Origin: Scyliorhinus canicula
Lineage: Eukaryota
Direction: 5' to 3'
DNA length: 64,000 bases
Assembly (NCBI RefSeq): GCF_902713615.1
Contig: NC_052154.1
Location: 167,037,988 to 167,101,987, forward strand
In this document: piece by piece, positions 1-13,800 of the stretch
How positions within the stretch are numbered: the stretch's first letter is position 1
Layout of the letters: every line of letters begins with the position of its first letter
The notes under the pieces: generated by a model
What the model saw: the letters and a program-made list of their open reading frames with translations, nothing else
What the model was told of the DNA's origin: nothing
Databases searched by the model: none
Made by a program: the position numbers and the translations under genes

Positions 1-2748
1 CTGGTTAGTACTAGAGGGGTGTCAATTCTGGTTAGTAAGCGGGTGGTGTTTGAAGCAGGGAGCATCGTGGCGGACAAAGGAGGTAGGTATACAATGTTGA
101 GTGGCAAGCTACAGGGGGCCCGGGTGGTGCTGGTGAACGTGTATGCCCCGAACTGGGATGATGCGGAATTCATGAGGCGCATGTTGGGTAAAATCCCGAA
201 TTTGGAGACAAGTAACTTGATTATGGGGAGGGTGACTTTAATACTGTCTTGGATCCGGTGTTGGACTGATCTAAGTCCAGGTCGGGAAAGAGACCAGCGG
301 CAGCCAGGGCCCTGGGGGAGTTCATGGATCAGATGGGGGGCGTGGACCCGTGGCGATTCGTGCGGCCTAGGGCGAAGGAGTTCTCCTTTTTCTCCCACGT
401 CCATAAAGTCTACTCGCGAATTGACTTCTTTGTGTTGAGCAGGGCGTTAAGCCCGAGGGTGGAGGAGGTTGAGTATTCAGCCATTGCGGTCTCTGACTAT
501 ACCCCACATTGGGTGGACCTGCGACTGGGGGTGGAGCCCTCTCTGGAGACTGGATGTGGGGCTGCTGGCGGATGAAGAGGTGTGTGGGCGGATAAGGAGG
601 AGCATTCAGAATTATGTGATAACGAATGACACAGGGGAGGTAACAGCAGCAGCGGTTTGGGAGGCTATGAAGGCGGTCATCAGGGGAGAGTTAATCTCTA
701 TTAGGTCCCACAGAGAGAAGAGGGAGAGGGCGGAAAGGGAGAGCTGGTGGGATAGTTACTTAGTGTAGGCAGGAAGTACGCAGAGGCCCCCGAAGAGGGG
801 CTGCTAAAGGAGTGCCGGAGATTACAAGGCGGAGTTTGATTTGTTGACCACAGGGAAGGCGGAGGCACAGTTGAGGAAAGAGAAAGGGGCAGTCTACGTG
901 TATGGAGAGAAAGCCAGTAGGATGCTGGCGCACCAACTTCGCAGGAGGGAGGCGGCCAGGGAAATCGGGGGAGGGAGGAATAAGGAAGGTAACACGGTGT
1001 TGAGCCCAGAGTGGATCAATGAAGTCTTCTAGGGGTTTTATGGGAAGCCATACGAGTCAGAACCCCCGAGGGGAGGGGAAGGGATGAAGCAATTTTTGGA
1101 TCGATTGAGGTTCCCAAGGGTGGACGAGGAGTGGGTGGAGGGACTGGGGGCTCCGATTGAGTTGGAGGAGGTAGTTAAGGGACTGGCAAGTATGCAGTCG
1201 GGCAAGGCGCTGGGACTGGACGGCTTCCCTGGAGAATTTTATAAGAAGTTCTCAGAGCTACTGAGCTCGCTCCTGCTAAGAACCTTTAACGAGGCAAAGG
1301 AGAGAGGAACCCTCCCCCCAACAATGTCACAGACATTGATCTCGCTCATTATGAAGAAGGAGAAGGATCCGCTTCAGTGTTGGTCCTACAGACGATATCG
1401 CTCCTGGATGTAGATGCCAAATTGCTGGCAAAAATTCTGGCACTGCTGAACTTCTGTAACTACTACTGGCCGGCTAATGTGGCCACGATAAGGAAATAGG
1501 TAATGGAGGAGGGGTCGGCGTGGGGGCGGCTGGAGGCGGCGTCATGCAAAGGCACCAGCCTAGGGGCACTGGTAACGGCACCTCTGCTATTCCCGCCGGC
1601 ACGATACACCACAAGCCCGGTGGTGGTGGCGGCACTGAGGGTATGGGTCAGTGGAGAAGACACAGGAAGGAGGAGGGGGCTTCAGTTTGGACCCCGATAC
1701 GGAACAACCATAGATATGCTCCGGGCAGGATAGACAGGGGGTTTCAAGGCTGGTATAGGGCAGGCATTAGAAGGATGGGGGACCTGTTTATAGATGGGAC
1801 TTTTCCTAGTTTGAAGGCGCTGGAGGAGAAGTTCGGCCTGCCCCCGGGAGATGCTTTCAGATATCTCCAGGCCCGGGACTTTCTCAAAAAACAGGTGGGG
1901 ACATTTCCGCTGTTACCCCCTCAAATGATACAGGACAAGGTTGTGTCTGGCATCTAGGTAGGAGAGGGGAAGGTGTTGGACATATACCAGGAGCTGCAGG
2001 AGTTGAGGGGCAAGTGTGAGGAGGAGCTAGGCGAGGTGCTAGAGGAGGACCTGTGGGCTGATGCCTTGGGCAGGGTGAACTCACCCGCATCATGTGCCAG
2101 GCTCAGTTTAATTCAGTTTAAGAGAATGAGCAAGTTTTTTGGGGTGGAGGACAGATGCGCGAGATGTGCAGGGAGCCCAACAAACCATGTCCATATGTTT
2201 TGGGCATGCCCGGCGCTTAAAGAATTCTGGCAGGGCTTTGCGAGGACTATGTCCAGGATTTTGGACATGCGGGTGGAGCTGAGTCCAACAATAGCGATCT
2301 TTGAGGTGTCGGAGGATCCGGGATGCAGGAAGCGAAAGAGGCTGAAGTGTTGGCCTTTGCCTCCCTGGTAGCCCGGAGACTGATCTTGTTAATGTGGAGG
2401 GACTCGAAACCTCCGAGCGTGGAGACCTGGGTTGGTGATATGGCTGGGTTCCTCAGCCTGGAGGGAATAAAGTTCGCCTTGAGAGGGTCCTTGATGGGGT
2501 TCTCCAGGCGGTGGCAACCTTTCCTTGACTTTCTAGGGGAGCAGTAAAGTGTCAGCAGCAATGAGGGGGGAAAGAGGGGGGGTTGGGGGGGGGGGGTGCT
2601 CAGGTGGGGGGAACTGTTGATCTAATGTGTATTTTCGCTTTGTATAATGATAGCAGCCACCTTGTTTTGTTAAATATTTTTTGTTTATTTTCTTTGCTAT
2701 GTAAAAATTTGGTTGAAAAAAGCTTTAATAAAAACAATTTAAATAAAA
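1..2748 (+). mobile_element. L1-clade LINE, ORF2 remnant plus 3' UTR (5' part outside window; frameshifted; RT core deleted)
   Basis: Successive frames give APE endonuclease motifs (VNVYAPNWDD, YSRIDFFVLS, WRLDVGLL), RT N-terminus (GKALGLDGFPGEFYKKF, ISLIMKKEKDP), the C-terminal Cys/His motif (CARCAGSPTNHVHMFWACP) and the end RRWQPFLDFL* at 2547. A G-rich 3' UTR follows, with AATAAA and an A-rich tail at ~2727-2748. Confidence 0.95.
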
Positions 2749-3747
2749 TGTTGCATATGTTTGAAATGTGAGATTTTCTGAAAATCCCATTTTTTTTGGG
2801 GGGGGGGGTGGCTGAAAACAAATAAATCCTAATCTTGTCGCACTTTTCAAGCGGCTATAGCAAGCGTGCATTGGTACAAGCATCCAATAGTTAATTAGCT
2901 TCAGCTGTGGGGTGTGCGAAATAAATCAATGAGGAATGGGGAAACCACAATTTAACTCGAGAAAAGTTACATATCTACGGCCTTTTGAAAAGTCAGGTGC
3001 AAGATAGACAACTTGTGATAAACAGCGTGCACATCTCCCGAAACCCACACTGCACATTTTTCTCTCAAACTCTAAGCTATGATTTTAGCTAAAAGTGTCG
3101 AACCTAAAGACTAATTTTTATCGGAAAATCATAGAACCGCTCGATGCGTGGAGAAAAAAACGTTTCACAGGCGCGGTTTGAAATAATTTGGCGCAAAGCG
3201 TGCAGTCAGAGGGAGTGGGGTAGATTTCCTGGACTCGCCGCTCAGGTGGAAGATGTTGTGGCCTTTGCAGCCATCTGTTCTCAGACAGTTGACCACAATG
3301 TGAGCTCCCTGCATCGAATCTGCAGCAATATGCCTGCTCAGTAAGGAAGGACCATGCGGTTTCTTGTGCTGCAAATACATAATAGGAAAGCAGCAGCTGT
3401 TTCAAGAGAATCTCACCGTCTAATTGGCAGTGGTTAATGCGAGAAGCATAAAACAAATGCCTGTTGTTTTAACCCGCAAGTACCTTACAGGGTGAGAAGA
3501 ACTGACTTCCCCGTGAACCTTGCAGAATGCGAGCTCCCTCATTAAGGGGGATGGGGGGAGGGGCGGGGGGGGGGGGGGGGGGAGACCTCTAAACAATGTA
3601 TAGTTGTAGGTATATAAAGCCGGCTAGTTAGGCACCAGCAAGGCAGACCCAGTTGGGATTTACCGTGTGATGTGTATATTAGTTCTTGTAAATAAACTAA
3701 GTTTCTTTGAAACACTCGGTGTGGACTCCTTCATGGCTTTATAAAAC

Positions 3748-3761
3748 TGGCGACGAGGGTG
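3748..3761 (+). promoter_or_regulatory. Primer-binding site complementary to the tRNA-Ser(GCT) 3' end (also at 19204 and 24774)
   Basis: TGGCGACGAGGGTG directly follows the LTR; it is the reverse complement of ...CACCCTCGTCG-CCA, the 3' end of vertebrate tRNA-Ser(GCT) as recalled. Confidence 0.85.
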
Positions 3762-5629
3762 AAACTGGATAGCTATCAACGCAGCTGCATCTTCGCATCA
3801 GCCACCTCCCGGTCCTGTTGGATAAAGGTTCGAATACTTTATTCATTATGCTTCTGTTGGGACAGATAGATGACTTTGACGCCAGCTTGGAAGACTGGAA
3901 TCAGTATGCGGAGCGAAAGCGCTACTTTTTCAGAGCCAGGAATATCAGAGAGAGTGACTGTCAGAGAGTCATCTTGCTGACTGCCTGTGGCGCGCATGGT
4001 CTGCACAGAGAGATAATTTCACCAGTACGTTTATGCCCGCTATTCTACTATTATTACTGACCATAAGCCTTTACTCGGTCTTTTTAAGGAGGACAAGGCC
4101 ATCCTGCCCATTGCCTCCGCGAGGATCCAGCGTTAGGCCTTGCCATTGGCCGCCCTCGAATATTCTTCCAAGTATCGGTGGGGACCCAGATAGCGAACGC
4201 CGACGCACTGAGCTATTTGTCTTTGCCGATTAGCCCCCATTGCCCTCCAGCCAGACAAAGTGAACGCCACTCTAAACTTCATGCATTCTTTGCCTGTCAC
4301 GGCGTCTCGGATTCATGAACAGACCCGGTTCATGCCAAAGTTCGGCACATTTATAAAAAGATCAAAATTGACAGCTACCAGGCGAGTGTTGACATCCAAA
4401 CTGTCCGAGTGTAGTGAGGAGGTGCATATATTGCTATGGGGTATGAATGTCATCATTCCTGGCCAAGTCCAGTTGATATTGAAGGAGCTCCACAATGGAC
4501 ACTAGGGGTGTCGAAAATGAAGATGTTGAAGCGCAATTACATCTGGTGGCCAGGCTTGGATGTGGACACTGAGCATATGGCCCAGAAATGCTCTGTCTTT
4601 CAGGAGCACCGGAAGTTCCCATCGGCTGCACTCCTTCATACTTGGGAATGGCCAGGATGGCCGTGGGCACGATTACATGCTGATTTTGCCGGGCCATTTC
4701 ATAGTTCAATGTTCCTCCTCTTCATTGATGCCTATTCAAAGTAGCTGAAGGTCCATAAGATGGCGGCAACCAACCCCCGGGCGAACATCAAGAAAATGTG
4801 TTCATCGCTTGGGGACACGCACAACATCCCTGAGGTGCTCATTACAGACAATGGGACTGCTTTCACGAGCAAGGAGTTCTCAGGGATTTTGAAGGTGAAT
4901 GAGGTATGGGGTATGGCACATTTGTATCACATTATAACCCCCGGCTTCTATGGTTTAACGGAAATTCAAAAAGCCCTCAAGAAGAATTCTTCTGGTTCAA
5001 TGGACACTAGATGGTTTGTTTCTTATTTTGCACTCTGCATGCTGTGTCCAGGGTGGTCCCCGTTGAAATCCTGATGGGGCGTGGGCTTTGAACCCGGCTC
5101 AGAGTGATTTGCGCCACAATCAGGAGTTGCAAAGGCGTTGCCCCGCCCGGTCCTGACCATCTCAATGCTTTGTACCAGGTGATTCGGTGTATATTCAAAA
5201 CTTTGCAGACGGCACCCATTGGTCCCCGGGACTATCCTCCGCCTGACGGCACTGATTTTCAATTAATCACAAGTCTAAGGATGGATCGTGTGAAAGCACC
5301 TTGATCATATTCGGTCCAGGAGACCGCTTCTTCAAAAGCTTCTTGTGAACGCAACATCCTCATCCAGCCACCTATGATGCCAAAGCTGCCTGTGACGGGA
5401 TCCCAAAGGGTCAAATGCCGAGATGACTGAGGTCGTGGACACCAATTCAGAGATGAAAACTCTAGCGTGGAAATCTCCGATGGGGAGTTGATAGTTCGGC
5501 AGTCACCGGTGGAGCAAACACCGTGACGTTGAAGCGGAAGCAGCGTTCACCTTCCAGCTTCACGCCGCTCGATCTGGCACCTCAGGTGTGTAACGTCCAG
5601 CCAGGCACAAAGAATATCGGGTGCCCTCC

Positions 5630-5989
5630 TAAGATAGGACATGACCAATGGGCATTCACGATACACACAGAGGTGACACTAACACAGGGGGGCATTACAC
5701 CAACCCATATAAAAGGACACAGCACACGTGATCTTCCTTTTTCCAGTGGAGACACTCAGTGTGTACACAGGGTTGATTTGAAACACATCACACCCACCAC
5801 GTGGATTGTAGCAGACTGGTTCGTCAGTCTGAGTAGCTATAGCAGGATTAACAGGAGAGTCGAATCCAAGTAGGAGAATTGTTAACAATTTAAATAAATG
5901 TGTTAAAGCTATCTCCAAGTCTGAACCTTCCTTTGTCAGAGTGCACATCAAGGAAGCAGCTTATGCTATGTCAGGAGCATTACAGAACA
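5630..5989 (+). mobile_element. 5'-truncated LTR of a second family, replacing the start of the Gypsy 3' LTR
   Basis: CCAAT (~5645), TATAAAA (~5708), AATAAA (~5893) and a terminal ...AACA; unrelated to the flanking Gypsy LTR. Confidence 0.65.
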
Positions 5990-6490
5990 ATAGTTGTTGT
6001 AAATAAATTACGTTTCTTTCAACTACTTGGTGTGGACTCCTTTGTGGCCTTCTAAAACCTGAAAACTTAATGAAGGTGGGGAGAGGTTAAAGGTCCATAT
6101 AAGCCTCTATGTTGTGAGAAGATTATGTAGGCATTATCAAGTCGTTTTATTGCAGAGCTGGGCATGATCTGATACCTCTTTATTCCCTGTTCAATGGATG
6201 AAGTGGAGGCAGTGCTGCTTCTGATGTATGTGAGAAAGATTCACCTTCCAGGTCACCTACCCAGAAGGTAACAGTACAGGATACCTGACAATAGGCACTA
6301 AATTACACAAAGGCCACACACAAAACCTAGGAATAGATGCATAGAAAGATGGCCATAGTGCATTATACGCACTATAAAGTGTCATTGCCATCCTGCTGTG
6401 CACTTACTGTAGACCCATGCCATGCTCTGAAGATAACTTTATCATTCTTTGGTTGGGAATTTTCTGCAATTTTTAGATTCCACGGCAATT

Positions 6491-6521
<31 letters not shown>

Positions 6522-8481
6522 ACTGAATATTCAGCCGGCGCCGACGTGTCATGCTGGCACCATTTACAACAGGTTTACATAAATGTGAACCTGGCGGCCA
6601 TCCCTCCGAGGGGATATCGGAGGGGAACTCTCAGTTAGCCATGAATCCTCAGGGTGCACTAGAGAGGATTTCAGGGACACAGATAAATTCAACTCGGGGC
6701 CAGGGCTGGGGGGTCAGTCTCTCAATCTCGGGAGGAGGGTTCATTAGCAGGCACTGCCTTCTATTCACTTTGCGGCGCCCCTTACCTTCAGGGTGTCTGA
6801 AGGCTGGCATGCAGGCATCACTTCCTGTATCCTCCTTGCTGGCCTTGTGCTCAAATCACAGCTGAGGGAGTGCCTGTGGGAGCTGGAAAGTGGGTGGGGG
6901 GAGTTGAATAAAGAGGTTCAGCACTGGGGATGACTGTGAGGTATTTGGGTGAGGGTCCATAAGAGGCCAGGCTGCAAGGGCAGAGTGGGGACTCAGGAAT
7001 GGGTTCATTACAGCCTCATGAGGAATGAAGACCTTTTCACCTGAGGAACCATGACTGCGGTGTGAATCGAGCCCCACACTCAGGCAGCACTTCGAAGACA
7101 AAGGGGTTAAGCTGTGTGGAATATCAATTCCACTTGTCTGGGATGTTTGACTGTCAGGAATTAGTGTGTTTGCCTGTGCACTGGGAAAATGAGGGTGCTT
7201 GTCATGCTAATTGCAATCTACACTCTAATTAGCTATCACAAGAGATCGCCATTTTCCTGATATGCTTCCTCACCGTTCATTAACTAGTCAATTGTGTCGC
7301 TGAAATTTGTGGAGCTATGCATCGGTGCCACTGATTGGAGTCGCAACCATGGCCCAACATGCCAGAAACAGGTCCTGGCAGCAGGTGACCAAGGGGGTCG
7401 CCCAACCCAACTGTCTGCCCCTCGACTGCAGCTACATTCTCGGCCGGGTGTCCCTGGAGAGGGAGCACGTGGTGTCACTGGGCACCTTTGAGGCCGTCTG
7501 TGCCCTGTGGGCCCCACAGGATCTGAAATGCTTTGTTGACCCTTTTAATCACATTTCACTTTGATTCATTAACTTTAATTTGCTCTTTGCTTTTGTTTCG
7601 GGAAGTATCCCTTGAAGGAGCTTCCCATATGACTTTATCCCTCAGTCTGTTTAATTGGTTCAATCAAAATAGTTGGAGTCTCAAGCATTGAACTCCAATC
7701 CTCATCCAAGAATTAACTTCACAGATTACACTGACGTGTACCCCAATGGAAGGGTTCATGGCTAAGTCTATCATCACACACTCCGTTCTAGAGCATGATG
7801 GGCGGGCGTCTTTGAGGTGCCCTGTGAAGATGCAGATGCTGGTCCCATGCATCCACTCAACTGCCCTGTAACCTAATGGAGGATTTGGGGAACAGTGCCA
7901 CTGAGACTATCAAAGGTCCAGGCCCCTAATCCTGGTGGAATTGAGAGGGACGCTGTGGGAATTTGCCAATGTGAGAGGAGATGCTGTGAGGCCTAGTGGT
8001 GAGGCACTCACTAAGGGAGAAGCGCATGGGTGGAGATCCCAGATGAGTGAAGAGCTGAGGGACAGGGTTCTGTAAGGAATCCTCACTTGTTAATTTGGTG
8101 TTCTCTTCTTCTTCAGTCTGCCGTGTTGGCTTTTCTACTCATAGCGATCGAGCTGCAGCAGAGACAGCCACGTGCCGCAGCACGCAGCCAGGACCAGCTG
8201 TCCCTGGAATTGCACCACAGATGGTGGATGCCCCTTAGGGGACACTACCACAAAGTGTCTTCCAACGTTGGACATGCTACATACAGAGTTCGGAGCTACA
8301 GTGCTGGATAAGTCGTTGTCTGTCCCAGGAGATGTTGGATCACCTTTGCCACATCCTGCAAGAGAAGGCGTCACACAGAATGGGAGGACACCCACTGCCC
8401 GTGGCCCTTAGAATTACCTTTGCTCTGAACTTCTATCCGAGCAGCTCATTTCAGGGCAGCACCAGCAATCTGTGTGACATC

Positions 8482-8700
8482 TGTTAAGTAATGGGTTAAG
8501 AGATATTCCAAATAGTTGTCTCATTTATGTTAAGTATCCAATAATTGACACAGATTATGTAAAGGGGCTTCAGGTGGCCTTTGTGTCATGTGATGTGATG
8601 ATAGCGTTTTATGCAGAGTCTGTTGAAGTAAATTAAAGGTGTTTGTGGAAAAGGAGCAGAATATTTGACTCTTTATACAACAGCAGCTAAAAGTATAACA
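8482..8700 (+). mobile_element. Solo LTR (219 bp) with 5-bp TSD
   Basis: TGTTA...TAACA inverted ends; ACATC duplicated at 8477-8481 and 8701-8705; removal restores the transposase motif. Confidence 0.9.
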
Positions 8701-9172
8701 ACATCTCCCAGTCAGCTGCACGCAAATGCATTAGGGAGGTTACAGATGCCCTTTATGCGAGCTCCCACATATATATAAACTTGGACTGGGACCAGGAAAG
8801 CCATAATGCCAGGGCCACGGGCTTCGTTCACTTAGCATGCATCCCCAGGTTCAGGGTGTGATAGGCTACACACCCTGACTACACCCATGTGACCCTGCAG
8901 TCTCCATGGTGTCATGTGGTGCCATTTATGAACAGCAAAGTGTTCCACTCCGTCAATGTCCAACTCATTTGTGACCACATAATGATGGTGTGCACCAGTT
9001 TCCCAGGAAGCATCACTTACATTTACAGACAGTTACATTTTGGGACGCTCATGGACCGCTGTCGGTTTTCAGGAACAGCAGTGGATGGAGGGTTGGCTCC
9101 TCAGGGATAAGGGGCACCCACTCAGGAGATGGCTGATGATGCCAGTGCAGAGGCCACAAACACCTGCAGAGG

Positions 9173-9292
9173 TTAATGGGGGGATTGTTGGGTTACGGGT
9201 ATGTGGGTTTAAGTAGGGTGATCATGGCTCGGCACAACATCGAGGGCCGAAGGGCCTGTTCTGTGCTGTACTGTTCTATGTTCTATGTTCTA
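9173..9292 (+). mobile_element. 3' tail fragment of an HE1-like SINE
   Basis: Near-identical to the reverse complement of 15114-15236; ends in (TTCTATG)n. Confidence 0.9.
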
Positions 9293-10899
9293 AGTCCCAC
9301 ATATCAAAGCTGGTCGAGCAGGCGATTGGAATGTTCAAGATGAGGTTCCAGTACCTGGAAAGGTTGGGGGGGGGGGGGTGGTGTCCACTGGTACAGCCCC
9401 CAGAGGGCATCCAACATTACTGTGGCCTGCTATGCTCTCCACAACTTGGCCCTGCAGAGGGGAGACCAACTGGACCAGTAGGAGATGAAGGAACACCGCA
9501 TCTCTTTGGAAGAGGAGAACATTTAGGCACTACCAGAAGAGGATGGAGGACTTCCGACAGTGGCGAAGGCCTGTATAGGCCAATGAGCTAGGGACACCCT
9601 CATAGCCTCTCAATTTGGGGACAAGCAGAACTAGGGAGTGAGGAGCTCTCCCACCATGGGAAGTGATATCACATCATCACAGTGATGGTGCCCAAATCAT
9701 GGGCAGGGTGCTAAAACCATTAGCCAGACTCTGCAGGAAAATGATGGTGACAACTTGGCAGTGAGGACTGAGCGATGCTCGTCTCATCCTCAGAGATATG
9801 TCTGACTCCTGTCAATGAACGGCTTTAGCTGGCTGGACTTCGGGCTGTTTCTCCATGAACAAATTCTTCAACCCTCTCCACAAGTACTGAATCAGAGGCG
9901 AGAGTAGAAGTACATGCTCCTTTATTAAGTAGGTCACGATCTTGACAACTTAAGTGCTAAAAAAAAATCAGACAAACCAATTAAATCTTATTAGATTGAG
10001 TCTACTGCCTTCCTTTACTGAGAGTCATGATTGCATTAAGTACCGTTTGACGCAAAGTATCTGGCTTAGTTTAGTCTTGATGTCAAGCAAGGTTTGAATG
10101 GTACTTGTTCTAATAACCTTATTAAGTTGTCACACAAAGATCTCCCTGCATCTAACAGATTCAAAACCGACTTGTTTCATTTTTTCAGCTGTAACTGATT
10201 TTAGCGAAGGTCAGAGGGAGCACTGAAACCTGACGGGCCTCTGACCAATCTCCAGGAACACTCAGTTTTTCACTGAGTCTCTTTAAAACCCATTTAAATC
10301 AGGGACTATCCAGGGAATAGTATTAGCAAACTGAGATCTGCTTTGTTAACCTACACCCATAACATAGAGATGTCAACTCCTGCATGTGTTAAATTGGGTC
10401 ACATTGTTTCTGTCAAGAGCTATCGATGGACAGTCCCTTCTACTCAGTCTTTACTCCATTCTGAAGAAAATGATTGTGTGAACCGGAGTCACCAGGACAT
10501 AATTGAACTTTATCTCCTTCATACCAAACTAGGCAGAACAGGAGTTCAGATCAATCAATATTTTTTGCCATTCGATTACCACTCTCAGGCGACCTGCCAA
10601 CCAGGGTAGTCTTCATAATGTAAGTATTCAGGTTACTTTTGTGAGGTCAAGTGGAGGAGGAGCGTTTCATCAAAGCCTGATTCTCCGCCATGCCAGGCTC
10701 AACCAGAGCTGACAACCCACCCGGACTGTCCCAGGACAGAACTTTCCAGTTCCAATCCCACCCCCCACCATGGCGGGTTTGATGGTGGATTCAGGGGCGG
10801 GTGGGGGCGGCGGCAATGCTTTAGGAAATGAAATGTTGATTTCTGGGTAAAATGGAGCTGTGGGTTGTGGAGGGCCAGGCTGGAGCCTGGCTGGGAGGA

Positions 10900-13800
10900 G
10901 GTGTGGAGGTGTGAATGGGGTTGCACGCAGGTGTACACAGGCATGGAGGGGTCTGCCGGTTTGAATAGGAATGGAGGGGGTCTGCAGGTATCAATGGGCA
11001 TTGCAGGTTGAGGGTGTGAATGGGCATGGGGTGTGATGGTGTGAATGGGCATTGGGGGTGTGAAGGTGTGAATGGGTATGTCAGATCTGAAGCTGTGAAT
11101 GGGCATGGGGTGTGAAGGTGAGAATGGGCATGGGGTGTGAAGGTGAGAATGGGCATGGGGTGTGAAATGTGAATGGGCATTGGGGGTGTGAAGGTGTGAA
11201 TGGGTATGTGGGATGTGAAGCTGTGAATGGGCATGGGGTGTGAAGGTGAGAATGGGCATGGGGTGTGAAGGTGAGAATGGGTCTGAGGGGTTTGAAGGTG
11301 TGAATGGGTATGGGGGTGTGAAGGGGAGAATGGGTCTGAGGGGTTTGAAGGTGTGAATGGGTATGGGGGTGTGAAGGGGTGTGGGTATGGGGGTGTGAAC
11401 GGGTGAATGGGTATGGGGTGTGAAGGTGAGAATGGGTCTGAGGGGTTTGAAGGTGTGAATGGGTATGGGGGTGTGAAGGGGTGTGGGTATGGGGGTGTGA
11501 AGGGGTGAATGGGTATGGGGGTGTGAAGGGGTGAATGGGTATGGGAGTGTGAAGGTATGAATGGGTATGGGGGTGTGAAGGTGTGAATGGGTATGGGGGT
11601 GTGAAGGTGTGAATGGGTATGGGCTGTAAAGGGGTGAATGGGTATGGGAGTGTGAAGGGGTGAATGGGTATGGGGGTGTGAAGGGGTGAATGGGTATGGG
11701 ATGTGAAGGGGTGAATGGGTATGGGAGTGTGAAGGTGAGAATGGGTCTGAGGGGTTTGAAGGTGTGAATGGGTATGGGGGTGTGAAGGTGAGAATGGGCA
11801 TGGGGTGTGAAGCTGTGAATGGGTGGTGAAGGTGTGAATGGGTCTGAGGGGTGTAAAGGGGTGAATGGGTATGGGGGATGTGAAGGTGTGAATGGGTTTA
11901 GGATGTGACGGTGTGAATGGGTATGTGGGGTGTGAAGGTGAGAATGGGTATGGGATGTGAAGATGAGAATGGGTCTGAGGGGTTTCAAGGTGTGAATGGG
12001 TATGGGGGTGTGAAGGTGTGAATGGGTATGTGGGGTGTGAAGGTGTGGATGGGTATGGGGATGTGAAGGTGTGAATGGGTATGGGACTGTGAAGGGGTGA
12101 ATGGGTATGTGGGGTGTGAAGCTGTGAATGGGTGGTGAAGGTGTGAATGGGTCTGAGGGGTTTGATGGTGTGAATGGGTATGGGGGTGTGAAGGTGAGAA
12201 TGGGTCTGAGGGGTTTGAAGGTGTGAATGGGTACGTGGGGTGCGAAGGGGTGAATGGGAATGGGGTGTGAAGGTGTGAATGGGTATGGAGGTGTGAAGGG
12301 GTGAATGGGTATGCGGTGTGAAGGTGTGAATGGGTATGTGGGGTGTGAAGGGGTGAATGGGTGGTGAAGGTGTGAATGGGTATGTGGGATGTAAAGGTGT
12401 GAATGGGTATGTGGGATGTAAAGGGGTGAATGGGTATGGGGGTGTAAAGGGGTGAATGGGTATGGGTGTGTGAAGGTGGAATGGGTATGGGGTGTAAAGG
12501 TGTGAATGGGTATGGGGTGTAAAGGGGTGAATGGGTATGGGTGTGTGAAGGGGTCAATGGGTATGGGGGTGTGAAGGTGTGAATGGGTATGGGACTGTGA
12601 AGGAGTGAATGGGTATGGGGGGTGTAAAGGGGTGAATGGGTATGGGGGTGTAAAGGTGTGAATGGGTATGGGGGTGTGAAGGGGTGAATGGGTATGGGGT
12701 GTAAAGGTGTGAATGGGTATGGGGGGTGTGAAGGTGTGAATGGGTATGGGACTGTGAAGATGTGAATGGGTATGGGTGTGTGAAGGTGTGAATGGGTATG
12801 GGGGTGTGAAGCGGTGAATGGGTATGGGGATGTGAAGGTGTGAGTGGGTATGGGGATGTGAAGGGTGTGAATGGGTATGGGGGTGTGAAGGGGGTGAATG
12901 GGTATGGGGATGTGAAGGTGTGAATGGGTATGGGGATGTGAAGGTGTGAGTGGGTATGGGGATGTGAAGGGGTGAATGGGTATGGGGGGTGTAAAGGGGT
13001 GAATGGGTATGGAGGTGTAAAGGGGTGAATGGGTATGGGGGTGTGAAGATGTGAATGGGTATGGGGGTGTGAATGTGTGAATGGGTATGGGGATGTGATG
13101 GGGTGAATGGGTATGGGGATGTGAAGGGGTGAATGGATATGGGGGTGTGAAGGTGTGAATGGGTATGGGGATGTGAAGGGGTGAATGGATATGGGGGTGT
13201 GAAGGTGTGAATGGGTATGGGGATGTGAAGGTGTGAATGGGTATGGGTGTGTGAAGGTGTGAATGGGTATGGGAGTGTGAAGGTGTGAATGTTTAGGGGT
13301 GTGTGATGGTGAGAATGATATGGGGGTGTGAAGGTGTGAATAGGTATGGGGATGTAAAGGGGTAAATGGGTATGGGGTGTAAAGGGGTGAATGGGTATGG
13401 GGATGTGAAGGGATGAATGGGTATAGGGGTGTAATGGGGTGAATGGGTATAGGGGTGTAATGGGGTGAATGGGTATGGGTGTGTGAAGATATGAATTGGT
13501 ATGGGTGTGTGAAGGTGTGAACGGGTATGGGGGTGTAAAGGGGTGAATGGGTATGGGTGTGTGAAGATATGAATGGGTATGGGGGTGTGAAGGTGTGAAT
13601 GGGTATGGGGATGTGAAGGGGTGTGGGTATGGGGATGTGAAGGGGTGAATGGGTATGGGGGTGTGATGGTGTGAAATGGGTATGGGGGTGTGAAGGTGTG
13701 AAATGGGTATGGGGGTGTGAAGGTGTGAATGGGTATGGAAGTGTGAAGGGGTGAATGGGTATGGGGATGTGAAGGTGTGAATGGGTACGGGGATGTGAAG

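Larger units (their letters stand above)
3493..6057 (+). mobile_element. Decayed, internally deleted Gypsy LTR retrotransposon (5' LTR ~3493-3746, partial 3' LTR 5991-6057)
   Basis: PBS at 3748; gag N-terminus (LLGQIDDFDASLEDWNQYAER...ILLTACG); RNaseH end (FHQYVY...TDHKPLLGLFKED); integrase (RNYIWWPGLD, PWARLHADFAGPF, IPEVLITDNGTAFTSKEF). 3680-3746 and 5991-6057 are homologous direct repeats (AATAAA...GGTGTGGACTCCTT...AAAA). Confidence 0.9.
8100..9610 (+). pseudogene. Harbinger DDE transposase (HARBI1-like) pseudogene interrupted by a solo LTR and a SINE tail
   Basis: LNFYPSSSFQGSTSNLCD|ISQSAARKCIREVTDALYA (after removing 8482-8700), FMNSKVFHSVNVQLICDH...FPGS, GWLLRDKGHPLRRWLMMPV, EQAIGMFKMRFQYL, VACYALHNLA. 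Confidence 0.9.
6451..9880. mobile_element. Decayed PIF/Harbinger DNA transposon (boundaries approximate)
   Basis: Contains a HARBI1-like transposase remnant (+) and a weak Myb/SANT-like remnant (-, ~7270-7480); GC-rich terminal-type sequence at ~6451-6620. Confidence 0.6.

Noticed and set aside
8100-9610. Domesticated HARBI1 gene
   Set aside because: Multiple frameshifts, altered catalytic motifs and two insertions.
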